Positions 51,586 through 64,000 are shown, numbered from the stretch's first letter. The stretch is 64,000 nt of DNA from Nitrospirota bacterium (GCA_963796285.1 CAWCKW010000001.1:72748-136747); one strand, 5' to 3'. Notes: a model not told the origin generated them from the letters alone. Numbers and translations are program-made.

Positions 51586-51981
51586 ATGAAGCGGATAGTT
51601 CTGATGGGCATGGTAATGGTTGGCGTGCTGTGCGCTGGACCACTGGCGGCCCTTGACTACAACGGGCCGAGGATCGAGATCAAGGAATTGCGCTACGATT
51701 TAGGCAAGGTTGCCCAGGATACGCAGGTCTCGCAAATATTCGAGGTCAAGAACGTTGGCAGCGAGCAATTAATCATAGAAAAAGTCCAGACTTCCTGAGG
51801 CTGTACCGCAGCGGTGATCAGTTCCGATCACCTGGAGCCGGGGGCAGTAGGACGCGTGCAGGCGACAGTGAACACGGGCAGCAACAATGGGCGTATTTCG
51901 AAACACATAAGCATTTATTCCAATGACCGCACCCAGCCGGTACTTTCGGTGGAAGTGACCATGGATGTGGTGAAAAAGTAG
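51586..51981 (+). CDS. Exported DUF1573-like protein, probable selenoprotein (TGA 51796-51798, S-U-G-C-T)
   Basis: Signal peptide; YDLGKV, FEVKNVG..LIIEKVQTS-U-GCT; frame stays open through KHISIYSND to TAG 51981; GGTGATC-AGTTCC-GATCACC hairpin. Confidence 0.8.
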
Positions 51982-52291
51982 CACAATTTCAACCCTAAGC
52001 CTTCACCACTCTGTGAGGGGAGCAGGCCTCACTATTTTCTTGACAATTTTCCGCTGCCTATGCTACTGTCAGGTGGTTTTTGGCCGGAATTATCATAAAG
52101 AGAGGCACGTATTACCTTGAAACAGCACAGACATCCGCACTATCCCAGCGACACGCCAACCCCTGGCATAGGTCCCGTCACGGCGAGACACTAATATTCG
52201 TCGTTCATAATCATTGCTAACGATACCGCGCTTACATTAAACGAGAGAAAACTGACGGACGTATTGTCTAAAAAATTTGGAGGGTATACCT

Positions 52292-53428
52292 ATGCAGAAA
52301 AAATATCTTTTAGCCCCCGGCCCGACCCCGGTTCCCCCTGAGGCGCTGCTGGCCATGGCTATGCCGATCATTCACCACCGTGCGCCGGATTTTCTGCCGG
52401 TCCTCGATTCCGCGAAGAAAGGCCTGCAGTGGCTCTATCAGACAAAGAACGATGTGCTGATCCTGTGCGCCACCGGCACCGGCGGGATGGAAGGCTCGGT
52501 CACGAACTTTCTCTGCCCCGGCGACGACGTGCTCGTGATCAATGGCGGTAAGTTCGGCGAACGCTGGACCAAGATCTGCCAGGCCTACGGCATGAAGGTC
52601 GAGGAACTCATCGTGGAGTGGGGCTATGCCGTAAAGGCCGAGCAGGTCGAGGCCGCGCTCAAGAAGAACCCGAAGATCAAGGCCGTGTTCGTCCAGGCCA
52701 ATGAGACATCAACGGGGGTCTACCACGATGTCAAGTCCCTTGCAACCGTCGTCAAAAAGACCGATGCGCTCTTTGTCGTTGACGCGATCTCGGCGCTTGT
52801 GGCGCATGATATCAAGGCCGACGAGTGGGGCATCGACGTGATGATCGGCGGTTCCCAGAAAGGCGTGATGCTTCCTCCGGGACTCGCGTTCGTGTCCGTG
52901 AGCGACAAGGCCTGGAAGATGGCCGATACGGCCAAGACGCCGAAGTTCTATTTCAACTTCAAGAAAGAGCGCGAGAACCTTGCCAAGAACCAGACGAACT
53001 TCACCTCGGCGGTGACGCTCATCATCGGTTTGAACGCCAGCATCAAGATGCTCCAGGACGAGGGGCTGCAGAACGTGTTTGCGCGCCATGAGAAACTCGC
53101 GAGGGCAACGCGCGCAGGTGCAGCGGCCCTTGGGCTCAAGCTCTTCCCCAAGGAAAGCCCGAGCAATGCGCTCACGGCCATCGAGGCGCCGGCAGGTGTT
53201 GACGGGCAGGCGATCTATAAGGATTTGCGCGTAAAGTACGGCATCACCGGCGCAGGCGGCCAGGACAAGCTGAAGGGCAAGATTTTCCGCATCGCACACC
53301 TGGGCTATGCCGACACGTTCGACGTGATCACGGCCGTGGCCGGCATCGAGATGGTACTGAAGGGTCTGGGCCACCCGGTGAAGCTCGGTACAGGCGTCGG
53401 CGCGGCGCAGGAAATATTGATGAAGTAA
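52292..53428 (+). CDS. Class V PLP aminotransferase (alanine-glyoxylate/phosphoserine aminotransferase-like)
   Basis: PGPTPVP, HHR, NETSTG, VDAIS, GSQKG, FRIAHLG; upstream of serA. Confidence 0.92.
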   Translation: MQKKYLLAPGPTPVPPEALLAMAMPIIHHRAPDFLPVLDSAKKGLQWLYQTKNDVLILCATGTGGMEGSVTNFLCPGDDVLVINGGKFGERWTKICQAYGMKVEELIVEWGYAVKAEQVEAALKKNPKIKAVFVQANETSTGVYHDVKSLATVVKKTDALFVVDAISALVAHDIKADEWGIDVMIGGSQKGVMLPPGLAFVSVSDKAWKMADTAKTPKFYFNFKKERENLAKNQTNFTSAVTLIIGLNASIKMLQDEGLQNVFARHEKLARATRAGAAALGLKLFPKESPSNALTAIEAPAGVDGQAIYKDLRVKYGITGAGGQDKLKGKIFRIAHLGYADTFDVITAVAGIEMVLKGLGHPVKLGTGVGAAQEILMK

Positions 53429-53437
53429 AGATACATT

Positions 53438-53535
53438 TTTACCACGGAGGCACGGAGACACGGAGAAGAGCAGTTACGCGATCTGTGTCTATTGTCTAAC
53501 GCCTTTCTCTGTGACTCCGTGTCTCTGTGGTGAAA
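53438..53535. repeat. 9-nt-period inverted-repeat element (empty)
   Basis: TTTACCACGGAGGCACGGAGACACGGAGAA versus TTCTCTGTGACTCCGTGTCTCTGTGGTGAAA. Confidence 0.85.
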
Positions 53536-53557
53536 TTTCAGGTTTTTGGAGGAATTC

Positions 53558-55135
53558 ATGAAGGTTCTGATCAGCGACAACCTCTCCCCGATCGGGGTGG
53601 AAATATTGAAAAAGGCCGGGCTTGAGGTGGACGCCCGGAGTAAAACATCGGCCGAGGAGATCGAGAAGATCATCGGTGACTACGACGCGCTCATCATCCG
53701 TTCGGCCACCAAGGTCACGGCGGCGCTGCTCGAGAAGGCGACGAAGCTCAAGGTGGTCGGTCGTGCGGGCAGCGGTCTGGACAACGTGGAGATCCCGGCA
53801 GCCACCAAGAAGGGTGTGGTCGTCATGAACACGCCGGGCGGCAACACGATCACCACGGCGGAACACACCATCGGCATGATCTTCGCCTGTGCCCGAATGA
53901 TCCCCCAGGCCTATTCCTCGCTCAAGGCGGGGAAGTGGGAAAAGAAAAAGTTCGAAGGCGTCGAGCTGTATGCCAAGACCCTGGGCATCATCGGCATGGG
54001 CGCGATCGGCGGTGTGGTCGCGAACCGTGCGATTGGGCTCGGCATGAAGGTGCTGGCCTTCGATCCTTTTATCTCTCCGGAAAAGGCGAAAAGTCTGGGG
54101 ATCGAGCTGGCGGACCTGCCGACGATCTATAAAAATTCTGATTTTATAACCCTTCACACGCCGAAGACCAGGGAAACAGCGAACCTGATCAATAAGGACA
54201 CGATCCGCCAAATGAAGGATGGCGTTCGCATCATCAACTGCGCCAGGGGCGGGATCGTGAACGAACAGGACCTCTACGAGGCGCTCAAGAGCGGCAAGGT
54301 CGCCGGTGCGGCGTTTGACGTGTTCGAAAAAGAGCCGCCGGAGAACCATCCGCTCCTCACACTCGACAATTTTATCGCCACGCCTCACCTCGGCGCATCG
54401 ACACGTGAGGCCCAGGAGAACGTGGCCGTCGCCGTTGCGGAGCAGATCGTGGACTACCTCATCGCCGGCACGGTGCGGAACGCCGTGAACGTACCGTCGG
54501 TGCCCGCAGACCAGCTCCCGATGCTCTCCCCCTACATCAATCTTGCGGAGCGCATGGGACTCTTCCAAGCGCAGCTTTGTGAGGGAGGCCTCACGCAGGT
54601 GACGGTGGAGTATAGCGGAGAGGTGTCCAATCTCAAGCAGGAGCCGATCACGCTTGCAGCGCTCAAAGGCCTGCTGACGCCGATCCTCAATGAGAACGTC
54701 AACTATGTGAATGCACCGCTCATCGCAAAGGACCGCGGCATCGAGATCAAGGTGTCCAAATCGGTCGATACCACCGAGTACACGAGTCTTATCACGATCC
54801 GGGTCAAGGCCGGCGGCAAGGACCTTTCCGTTGCCGGGACGTTGAACAGCAAAAAAGAACCGCGCATCATTCAGGTGGACAACTTCCCCATGGAGACCGT
54901 GCCCGAGGGCGACATGCTCGTGCTCATGAACAACGACAAACCGGGTGTGATCGGCGGCATAGGCATGCTGCTCGGCCAGAACGGGATCAATATCGCGCGC
55001 ATGCAGTTCGGCCGCGAGAAGCAGGGCGGGATGGCGATGTCGGTCGTAAGCATCGACAGTGCCGTGTCCGACGACCTCATGGCAAAGATCAAACAGATGC
55101 CGAACGTGCTGTCGGTGAAGCAGGTTAAAATATAG
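53558..55135 (+). CDS. serA: D-3-phosphoglycerate dehydrogenase
   Basis: GRAGSGLDNV, NCARGG, TPHLGAST; C-terminal ACT domain. Confidence 0.96.
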   Translation: MKVLISDNLSPIGVEILKKAGLEVDARSKTSAEEIEKIIGDYDALIIRSATKVTAALLEKATKLKVVGRAGSGLDNVEIPAATKKGVVVMNTPGGNTITTAEHTIGMIFACARMIPQAYSSLKAGKWEKKKFEGVELYAKTLGIIGMGAIGGVVANRAIGLGMKVLAFDPFISPEKAKSLGIELADLPTIYKNSDFITLHTPKTRETANLINKDTIRQMKDGVRIINCARGGIVNEQDLYEALKSGKVAGAAFDVFEKEPPENHPLLTLDNFIATPHLGASTREAQENVAVAVAEQIVDYLIAGTVRNAVNVPSVPADQLPMLSPYINLAERMGLFQAQLCEGGLTQVTVEYSGEVSNLKQEPITLAALKGLLTPILNENVNYVNAPLIAKDRGIEIKVSKSVDTTEYTSLITIRVKAGGKDLSVAGTLNSKKEPRIIQVDNFPMETVPEGDMLVLMNNDKPGVIGGIGMLLGQNGINIARMQFGREKQGGMAMSVVSIDSAVSDDLMAKIKQMPNVLSVKQVKI

Positions 55136-55155
55136 CATTCCGCTTTGATGGAATG

Positions 55156-56574
<1,419 letters not shown>

Positions 56575-56584
56575 GTCTTTTGTG

Positions 56585-56614
56585 TTGACAAAGACAACGG
56601 TTCTTTGTTATGAT
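56585..56614 (+). promoter_or_regulatory. Putative sigma70 promoter of the tRNA pair
   Basis: TTGACA-18 nt-TATGAT. Confidence 0.6.
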
Positions 56615-56642
56615 ACGCAGCTTTAAAGAATACCGCGAGAGC

Positions 56643-56718
56643 GGGCCGGTAGCTCAGTTGGTAGAGCACCGCCCTTTTAAGGCGGGTGTCCTGGGTTCGA
56701 GTCCCAGCCGGCTCACCA
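56643..56718 (+). tRNA. tRNA-Lys(TTT)
   Basis: Cloverleaf; CCGCC-CTTTTAA-GGCGG anticodon arm; CCA end. Confidence 0.97.
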
Positions 56719-56730
56719 GTTACCTTTAGT

Positions 56731-56806
56731 AGTGGAAATTGCAAAGTGAAAGGTACTTTCTGTCTGAAAATTTGCAATTTTAAATTTCCAATTTCCAATT
56801 TTCAAT
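56731..56806. repeat. 7-nt-period inverted-repeat element between the tRNAs
   Basis: AGTGGAA-ATTGCAA-AGTGAAA versus AATTTGC-AATTTTA-AATTTCC-AATTTCC-AATTTTC. Confidence 0.8.
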
Positions 56807-56821
56807 AACGCTTCAATGTAC

Positions 56822-56899
56822 GTCCCCATCGTCTAGCCCGGCCCAGGACACCGCCCTTTCACGGCGATAACAGGGGTTCGAATCCCCTTGGGGACGCCA
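56822..56899 (+). tRNA. tRNA-Glu(TTC)
   Basis: GTCCCCA/TGGGGAC acceptor stem; CTTTCAC anticodon loop; CCA end. Confidence 0.96.
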
Positions 56900-56907
56900 A
56901 TCAAATC

Positions 56908-56944
56908 AAAGAGTTAGCTATTCAGCTAGCTCTTTTTTCTTTTT
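56908..56944 (+). terminator. Rho-independent (possibly bidirectional) terminator
   Basis: AAAGAGTTAGCT-ATTC-AGCTAGCTCTTT followed by a T run. Confidence 0.8.
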
Positions 56945-57159
56945 CAAACGAAGCGGAACCGTAGCGCTTCTCCCGGTAATCCAATACATTCAAACTTTCT
57001 GGCACTGCCAATATAATGATGTTCAGTGCAGCTCTCAACGAGGAGTCCACAACCCAACCTGTTCACAACCTCACAGGAGCAGTAATGCAGAAATAGAGCG
57101 CATTTATTTGCACGCCAGTGGATATCGATTCTATATTTAGAGTGGTCATCAGTATTCAA
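56944..57159 (-). CDS. Small Cys/His-rich hypothetical protein
   Basis: 71-aa ORF; GAGGAG upstream of a TTG start; ends at the terminator. Confidence 0.35.
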   Translation of the reverse strand: MNTDDHSKYRIDIHWRANKCALFLHYCSCEVVNRLGCGLLVESCTEHHYIGSARKFECIGLPGEALRFRFV

Positions 57160-57303
57160 ACGCTCCTCGTACGTTAGTAGTAATCATTGTAGCAAACCTT
57201 CTGCTTTGTTTCATTTTTCGTGCTATACTTTGCGTATTCTGTCTTTCCTGTCTTCAGTTGTTCGGAATGATTGTTTTAGACGACCAGCGCTTCAGGAGGG
57301 AAT

Positions 57304-60300
57304 ATGATACACAAATGGCGGCATCCGGTTCAATTAACTGTCATCCCTACCACAAAAATTCTGTTATTGTTCAGCCTGTTCTTCCTATCCTTTTTGGCTG
57401 TCTCGCCGGGAGTTGCTCACGCCGTCGCTCCATCGATCACCAAGTCCTTTGGAGCTGCGACGATCCCGTTAAACGGCACCACATCACTAACCTTCTCCAT
57501 CAATAACACAGACGTCTCAACAGCTCTGGGCCTGGCCTTCACGGATAACCTGCCTGCAGGCCTGGTTGTTGCCACGCCGAACGGCCTGACCGATACCTGC
57601 GGGGGAACTGCCACCGCGGTTGCGGGATCGGGCAGCGTAAGCCTCTCCGGCGGGAGCGTTGCGGCAAGCGGCAGCTGCACCGTCAGCGTGAACGTGCAAG
57701 GGACCACGCAAGGAGTGAAGAACAACAGCGTCCAGGTGAGTTCCACGAACCTCGGGACCGGTAACACCTCGAACGCCAGCATCACGGTGGTCGCGCCGCC
57801 GGTGATCATCAAGGCCTTCGGCGCAGCCAGCGTGCCGCTGAACGGAACCACAACGCTTTTCTTCCAGATCCAGAACAACAACGCAACAGCGAACTTGAGC
57901 GGCATTGCCTTCAGCGACACCCTCCCCGCAGGACTGATCATCGCCACCCCGAACGGCCTTGCCGGCGGCTGCGGCGTGACGATCACGGCAACAGCGGGAA
58001 CGAGCGTCGTGAGCCTGTCGGGAGCATCGATCGTGGCGACCGGCACCTGCGGCTTCAACATAAACGTGACCGGCACTTCAGCCGGAACGAAGAACAACAC
58101 CACGGGTAACGTCACCTCGACGGAAGGCGGCACGGGCGGGACAGCCTCGGCCAGCCTCAACGTCGTCGCGCCGCCGGTGATCAGCAAGGCCTTCGGCGGA
58201 GCAAGCGTGCCGCTGAACGGAACCACGTCACTGACCTTTACCATCACCAATCCCGGTGCGAACGCTGTCGCGCTCACGGGCGTGGCCTTCACCGACACCT
58301 TCCCCGCAGGACTGGTCGTCGCCACCCCGAACGGCCTGACCGATAGTTGCGGCGGGGGCACTGCCACCGCGGTTGCGGGATCGGGCAGCGTAAGCCTCTC
58401 CGGCGGGAGCGATTGCGGCAAGCAGCAGCTGCACGCGTCAGCGTGAACGTGACCGGCACTTCAGCCGGGAGCATGACCAACACCACGGGCAACGTCACCT
58501 CCACGAACGGCGGGACCGGGAATACGGCCTCGGCCGGGATCACGGTGGTCTCTCCTCCGACCATCACCAAGGCCTTTGGAGCCGCGGCCATTCCGGTGAA
58601 CGGGAGCACGACGTCGCTCACGTTCACCATCCTGAACCCGAACACCGGCTCGTCCCTGACCGGCTTGGCCTTCACGGACAACCTTCCTGCAGGCCTGGTC
58701 GTAGCCACGCCGAACGGCCTGACCGATACCTGCGGGGGAACTGCCACCGCGGTTGCGGGATCGGGCAGCGTAAGCCTCTCCGGCGGGGTCGTTGCGGCAA
58801 GCGGCAGCTGCATTGTCAGCGTGAACGTGCAAGGGACCACGCAAGGAGTGAAGAACAACAGCGTCCAGATCACCTCCACGAACGGCGGGACCGGTAACAC
58901 CTCGAACGCCAGCATCACGGTGGTCGCGCCGCCGTCCATCGTCAAGTTCTTCGGCGCAGCAAGCGTGCCACTGAACGGAAGCACAACGCTTTTCTTCCTG
59001 ATCCAGAACAACAACACCACAGCGAACTTGAGCGGCATTGCCTTCAGCGACACCCTCCCCGCAGGACTGATCATCGCCACCCCGAACGGCCTTGCCGGCG
59101 GCTGCGGCGTGACGATCACGGCAACAGCGGGAACGAGCGTCGTGAGCCTGTCGGGAGCATCGATCGTGGCGACCGGCACCTGCGGCTTCAACATAAACGT
59201 GACCGGCACTTCAGCCGGAACGAAGAACAACACCACGGGCAGCGTCACCTCGACGGAAGGCGGCACGGGCGGGACAGCCTCGGCCAGCCTCAACGTCGTC
59301 GCGCCGCCGGTGATCAGCAAGGCCTTCGGCGGAGTAAGCGTGCCGCTGAACGGAACCACGTCACTGACCTTTACCATCACCAATCCCGGTGCGAACGCTG
59401 TCGCGCTCACGGGCGTGGCCTTCACGGACACCTTCCCTGCAGGACTGGTCGTCGCCACGCCGAACGGCCTGACCGATACCTGCGGGGGAACTGCCACCGC
59501 GGTTGCGGGATCGGGCAGCGTAAGCCTCTCCGGCGGAAGCGTTGCGGCAAGCGGCAGCTGCACCGTCAGCGTGAACGTGACCGGCACTTCAACCGGGAGC
59601 ATGACCAACACCACGGGCAACGTCACCTCCACGAACGGCGGGACCGGGAATACGGCCTCGGCCGGGATCACGGTGGTCTCTCCTCCGACCATCACCAAGG
59701 CCTTTGGAGCCGCGGCCATTCCGGTGAACGGGAGCACGACGTCGCTCACGTTCACCATCCTGAACCCGAACACCGGCTCGTCCCTGACCGGCGTGGCCTT
59801 CACGGACAACCTTCCTGCAGGCCTGGTCGTAGCCACGCCGAACGGCCTGACCGATACCTGCGGGGGAACTGCCACCGCGGTTGCGGGATCGGGCAGCGTA
59901 AGCCTCTCCGGCGGGGTCGTTGCGGCAAGCGGCAGCTGCATTGTCAGCGTGAACGTGCAAGGGACCACGCAAGGAGTGAAGAACAACAGCGTCCAGATGA
60001 CCTCCACGAACGGCGGGACCGGTAACACGTCGAACGCCAGCATCACGGTGGTCGCGCCATCGGTGATCATTAAGTCCTTCGGCGCAGCAAGCGTGCCGCT
60101 GAACGGAAGCACCTCGCTGTCCTTCCAGATCCAGAACAACAACACCACAACGAGCTTGAGCGGCGTTGCCTTCAGCGACACCTTCCCTGCAGGACTGACC
60201 ATCGCCACCCCGAACGGCCTGACCGGCAGCTGCGGCGGGGGCACGATCACGGCAACAGCGGGCACGAGCGTCGTGAGCCTGTCGGCAGCAACGATCGCGG

Positions 60301-61820
60301 CAAGCGGCTCCTGCACCTTCAGCATGAACGTGACAGGCACTTCAGCAGGAACAAAGAACAACACCACGGGCAGCGTCACCTCGACGGAAGGCGGCACGGG
60401 CGGGACAGCCTCGGCCAGCCTCAACGTCGGCGCGCCGCCGTCCATCAGCAAGGCGTTCACTCCGACAACGATAGCACCGAATGTAGCGACTTCACTGACC
60501 TTTACCATCACCAATCCCGGTGCGAACGCTGTCGCGCTCACGGGTGTGGCCTTCACCGACACCTTCCCCGCAGGACTGGTCGTCGCCACCCCGAACGGCC
60601 TGACCGGCAGCTGCGGCGGGGGCACGATCACCGCGGTTGCGGGAGCGGGCAGCGTGAGCCTGTCGGGAGCGACGATCGCGGTAAGCGGCTCCTGCAACTT
60701 CAGCGTGAACGTGACCGGCACGACAACCGGGAGCAAGACCAACACCACGGGCAACGTCACCTCCACGAACGGCGGGACCGGGAATACGGCCTCAGCCGGG
60801 CTAACGGTGGATGCTACACTGCCTGTTATCACCTTATCAACCCTCCCGAACGAGGCTGTCACGAACAATTTCGACCTGAATGTGGCAGGTACGGTGACTG
60901 ACAACACTGGCGTCCAGAATCTGACCATCAATGGGACGACGGTACCAGTGAACGCGGACGGCACGTTCAGCTACCTGGTGTCGCTCGTAGTCGGCTCGAA
61001 CGTCATCACCACCGTTGCAACCGATCTTGCTGATCTTATCACAATGGATACACGGACCATCGTACTGGATCTGACAGCGCCTGGCATCACGATCACCGCT
61101 CCTGCGGACAACAGTGTCACGAACCTGGTTCTGTCCTCGGTAACCGGCACCCTGAGCGATCCGGCTGCTGTCAATGTGGTGCTGAACGGCGGCGCCCCGC
61201 AGGCTGCGGTCATGAACGGCCTGACCTTCACGGCAGCGCTGAACCTTGCGGTGGGTATGAATGCTCTCGACATTACTGCAACGGACCTCGGTGGGCACTC
61301 CTCTACGCATCACCGAACGGTCACCTCCACAGCGCTCGTGCCGGACATTTCGATAATGGATCCTGGTCAGGACACAACGATTTCCCAGGAAACGCTCACG
61401 ATCAGCGGCATGGTGACTGCCTTGAGCCCCGCAACAGCGATCATGACGGTTGACGGAACGCCGTCTGCCCTGACGCTCACCGGCGATGTATTCACTCAGG
61501 CCGTTGCGTTCAACACCGCGGGTCTTCATGTTATCACGGTGACTGCCACGGACCAGTCGGCGAACACGGCAACGGTCCAGCGGAACATCTTGTACTCACG
61601 GTTGGGTGACACGAACAACGATGGGAACGTGACTCTCGCGGACGCGATCCTGGCCTTTAGGCATGCCCTCGGTATTCAGCTGATCACCGATACGGCGGAA
61701 TTGAAGCGATGCGATGTCGCGCCTCTGGGTGCGGACGGAAGGCCTCAGCCGGACGGCGTCGTGGACATCGGGGATGTGATCATCATCATGCGCAAGATCG
61801 TCGGACTGGTAAACTGGTAG
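57304..61820 (+). CDS. Large secreted protein: nine ~125-aa Ig-like (DUF11-like) modules, three further Ig-like domains and a C-terminal dockerin (frameshift near 58410-58436)
   Basis: Signal peptide; repeated PPxIxKxFG...FTDxLPAGL..ATPNGL..C...C modules; GDTNNDGNVTLADA...DVAP...DGVVDIGDVIIIMRKIVG. Confidence 0.85.
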
Positions 61821-61862
61821 TTGGAGCATTTGAGACCCGACAGATTATAAGGAGATCTTTCG

Positions 61863-62756
61863 ATGAAAAAGAGCATATATCTGGTTCTTCTCTTGCTGGC
61901 AGCGACTGTCTTCTCCGCATGCGGAGGAGGGGGTGGTGGTAATGGCGGGGGCACGGTAGTTGCGCCTCCGGTGATCCTCAAGTCCTTCGGCGCAGCGAGC
62001 GTGCCGATGAATGGGAGCACCTCGCTCACGTTCACCATCACGAACCCGAACACTGGCTCGTCCCTGACCGGCTTGGCCTTCACGGACAACCTGCCTGCCG
62101 GCCTGGTCGTTGCCACCCCGAACGGCCTGAGCGGCGCCTGCGGCGGCACGGTCACCGCGACTGCGGGAGCGAGCAGCGTAAGCCTCTCCGGCGGAAGCAT
62201 CGCGGCCAGCGGAAGCTGCACCATCAGCGTGAACGTGCAGGGAACCACGCCAGGAGTGAAGAACAACAGCGTCCAGATCACATCCATTGAAGGCGGGACC
62301 GGGAACACCTCGAGCGCCGATATCACGGTCGATGCCGGACCCACGGTAGCAGTACTCACGGTGATCACGCAGGGGACGAGCACGGACATCGGAGGGGTCG
62401 GGTTTACCGTAAACCTTCCCGCGGGCGTTATTGTCAAGACAGACTCCGGGGGAAATGTTGATGCGAGTGTCGTCACACCATCGGGTGTTGCAGCAGGACA
62501 GGCCACAGCGATAAGCGTATACACGGCAGCCACGTCGACGGCGGCGGCAAAGCTCGATACCCTCGTGGTCAACACCACTCCGACCGGCTTCTCCGCGGGG
62601 CAGTTCGCAACCGTCCAATGTGATATCACGTCCGGATCGCCGAAAAGAGCGGACTTTAGCCTGACAAATTTTGATCCGCGCGATACCAATGCGATCGCTG
62701 ATCAGCAGCCTTACTGTAACGTATACGATCACGATCCATTAAGAACATTGGTATGA
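61863..62756 (+). CDS. Lipoprotein with one copy of the same Ig-like module and a cohesin-like C-terminal domain (3' end possibly frameshifted)
   Basis: Lipobox FSAC-GGGGGG; module PPVILKSFG; IGGVGFTVNLPAGV...GQFATVQCDI. Confidence 0.75.
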   Translation: MKKSIYLVLLLLAATVFSACGGGGGGNGGGTVVAPPVILKSFGAASVPMNGSTSLTFTITNPNTGSSLTGLAFTDNLPAGLVVATPNGLSGACGGTVTATAGASSVSLSGGSIAASGSCTISVNVQGTTPGVKNNSVQITSIEGGTGNTSSADITVDAGPTVAVLTVITQGTSTDIGGVGFTVNLPAGVIVKTDSGGNVDASVVTPSGVAAGQATAISVYTAATSTAAAKLDTLVVNTTPTGFSAGQFATVQCDITSGSPKRADFSLTNFDPRDTNAIADQQPYCNVYDHDPLRTLV

Positions 62757-64000
62757 AAAAGATTTTCAATACGATCGGTATCACCTTTGCCCTCATCTGG
62801 ACAACGACGAGTTTTGCAGCCGCTTCCACGGTTAACCTCACACCCGCAGGAAGCGGCGTTTTTTTTCTGGAAGGCTCGTCGTTCCAGAACATCGCCGCAC
62901 TCGACATAACCATAACCTATAGTACCGGCTCTCTGTCGAACCCAAACCCTGTCCAGGGAAATCTTATCTCCGGCGCTCTCATGATCGCGAATACGAACAC
63001 CCCCGGAACTATCCGCATGGCGGTCGTTCATCATGATGCCATGACCGGTTCCGGCAACATCGCGACCATCACGTTCACCGGTTCAGGCAGCGGAGATGCG
63101 ATATCCTTGTCGGCTACAGCACTCGATCCGGCGGGGAAAACAGTGTCCCTTGTCGCAGCAGGGAATGCAGCGAATTCCGGACAATCTCAACACCGCCTCC
63201 GAACCAGCAGGAAACTCAACCGGCCGCCCCCCCAGCCACAGCACAACAAATGCCGGGACAGATCATTGCTAAAACGAACTTAAATTCGTTCAGTGCCTTG
63301 ATGACCGAGGACACGACCAGCCAGCAGCCAAAGGAAAGAACTCTAAACTGAACCGGAGCCGGAAAAAGCGGATGTCCCTCTAGCTCTCACAGGGCCGGAG
63401 GTGACCAGACCTCCTGATTCGGACCGACAACCTGCCAAGTCCATGGACAGGGTTTTTACGCAGCAAAGCGCGCTCTATCGCTTCAGCACGTACAAGGGGG
63501 CGCGGACGCCGGAGTCGCTGACTGGCCTTATGACCGGGGAGTCCCCGCCGGGCTACAGGCAGGACCCGATTGCTGCAATCTCCAACGGCGCATCGACCAT
63601 ACGGGTAACCATAATTTCTTCGGCAGAAAATAATGCCCCGCAATTTACGGCCCGAAATGGCAGGATCGTTTCCGTAGAAAAGGACCGGGATCGCAGCCAT
63701 ACATGGATCGTCACCATACGGCCGGATAAAGATACGTATGATAGCAGTGTCGCTGTGCGGGAAAGCGGGGTAGTGCGGGAACTTTCGCTGACAGTTTCGC
63801 CAAAAGCGGATGTGGACCTTGACGGATCGGGCACTGTGACGATTCGGGATTTTCAGATATATCTCGATCCAAAGAATAACAGGAAAACATTCCACTATCC
63901 CGTTGCCGGCGGCAAACGCACAAGCTATCTTGATGACTTCGTTTTCACAGCGAATTATGCGGCCGCAAATAAAAAAATACGAAAAGGTGACGCAAAAGGA
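62753..64000 (+). CDS. Cohesin-domain secreted protein with a dockerin-like/EF-hand segment; frameshifted and truncated by the window end
   Basis: IAALDITITYST..LSNP..QG..GTIRMAVV..GSGNIATITF; a later frame reads YRQDP...TVSPKADVDLDGSGTVTIRDF...YLDDFVFTANY. Confidence 0.7.

Noticed and set aside
52040-52280. Leader of aminotransferase-serA-purA as a riboswitch or attenuator
   Set aside because: No recognisable ZMP, glycine, purine or SAM consensus. The short ORF is not Ser-rich and there is no terminator hairpin.
57417-62732. Long antisense ORFs (58289-60964, 57417-58421, 61745-62689) and similar ones opposite serA, aspS and nuo genes
   Set aside because: They are shadows of GC-rich coding sequence on the opposite strand, with no recognisable domains.
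56899-64000. Prophage or integrative element at tRNA-Glu
   Set aside because: No integrase or duplicated tRNA 3' end within the window; it cannot be excluded beyond the window edge.

Overview
A 64-kb chromosomal window, mostly housekeeping, from a moderately GC-rich and probably anaerobic bacterium. Gene style suggests Nitrospirota or Desulfobacterota (inference only). Left to right it carries: an HD-domain phosphohydrolase; a lipoprotein; a complete minus-strand nuoA-N complex I operon with fused NuoCD, preceded by an octaheme HAO-like cytochrome; ihfA-merR-tRNA-Pro-surE-pcm; crcB/DUF190/PAP2; aspS; a selenium cluster (small CxxC-U-CxxC protein, ArsR, Sec-containing SelD, TauE); a beta-oxidation/ETF cluster interrupted by an SRPBCC gene and a VapBC-like toxin-antitoxin pair; class II RNR nrdJ with NrdR boxes; a desulforedoxin-histone-H1-like fusion; ttcA; an MshEN protein; a UGA-interrupted DUF1573 protein; aminotransferase-serA-purA; tRNA-Lys and tRNA-Glu; and a repeat-rich dockerin/cohesin surface-protein locus. 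Many genes carry single-base frameshifts that look like long-read assembly errors. The most striking unexplained structure is at the gene junctions: many contain an inverted-repeat element from one of several families (hairpin-containing purine/pyrimidine TIRs, 9-nt-period arms, 7-nt-period arms, REP-like doublets). Three of these elements enclose a small PD-(D/E)XK nuclease gene (two DUF559, one GxxExxY) inside the nuo operon, and the others are empty. This suggests a transposase-free system of nuclease-carrying 'intervening cassettes' that preserve operon expression. Also notable are three probable selenoproteins and a 38-aa arginine-repeat microprotein missed by the ORF track.
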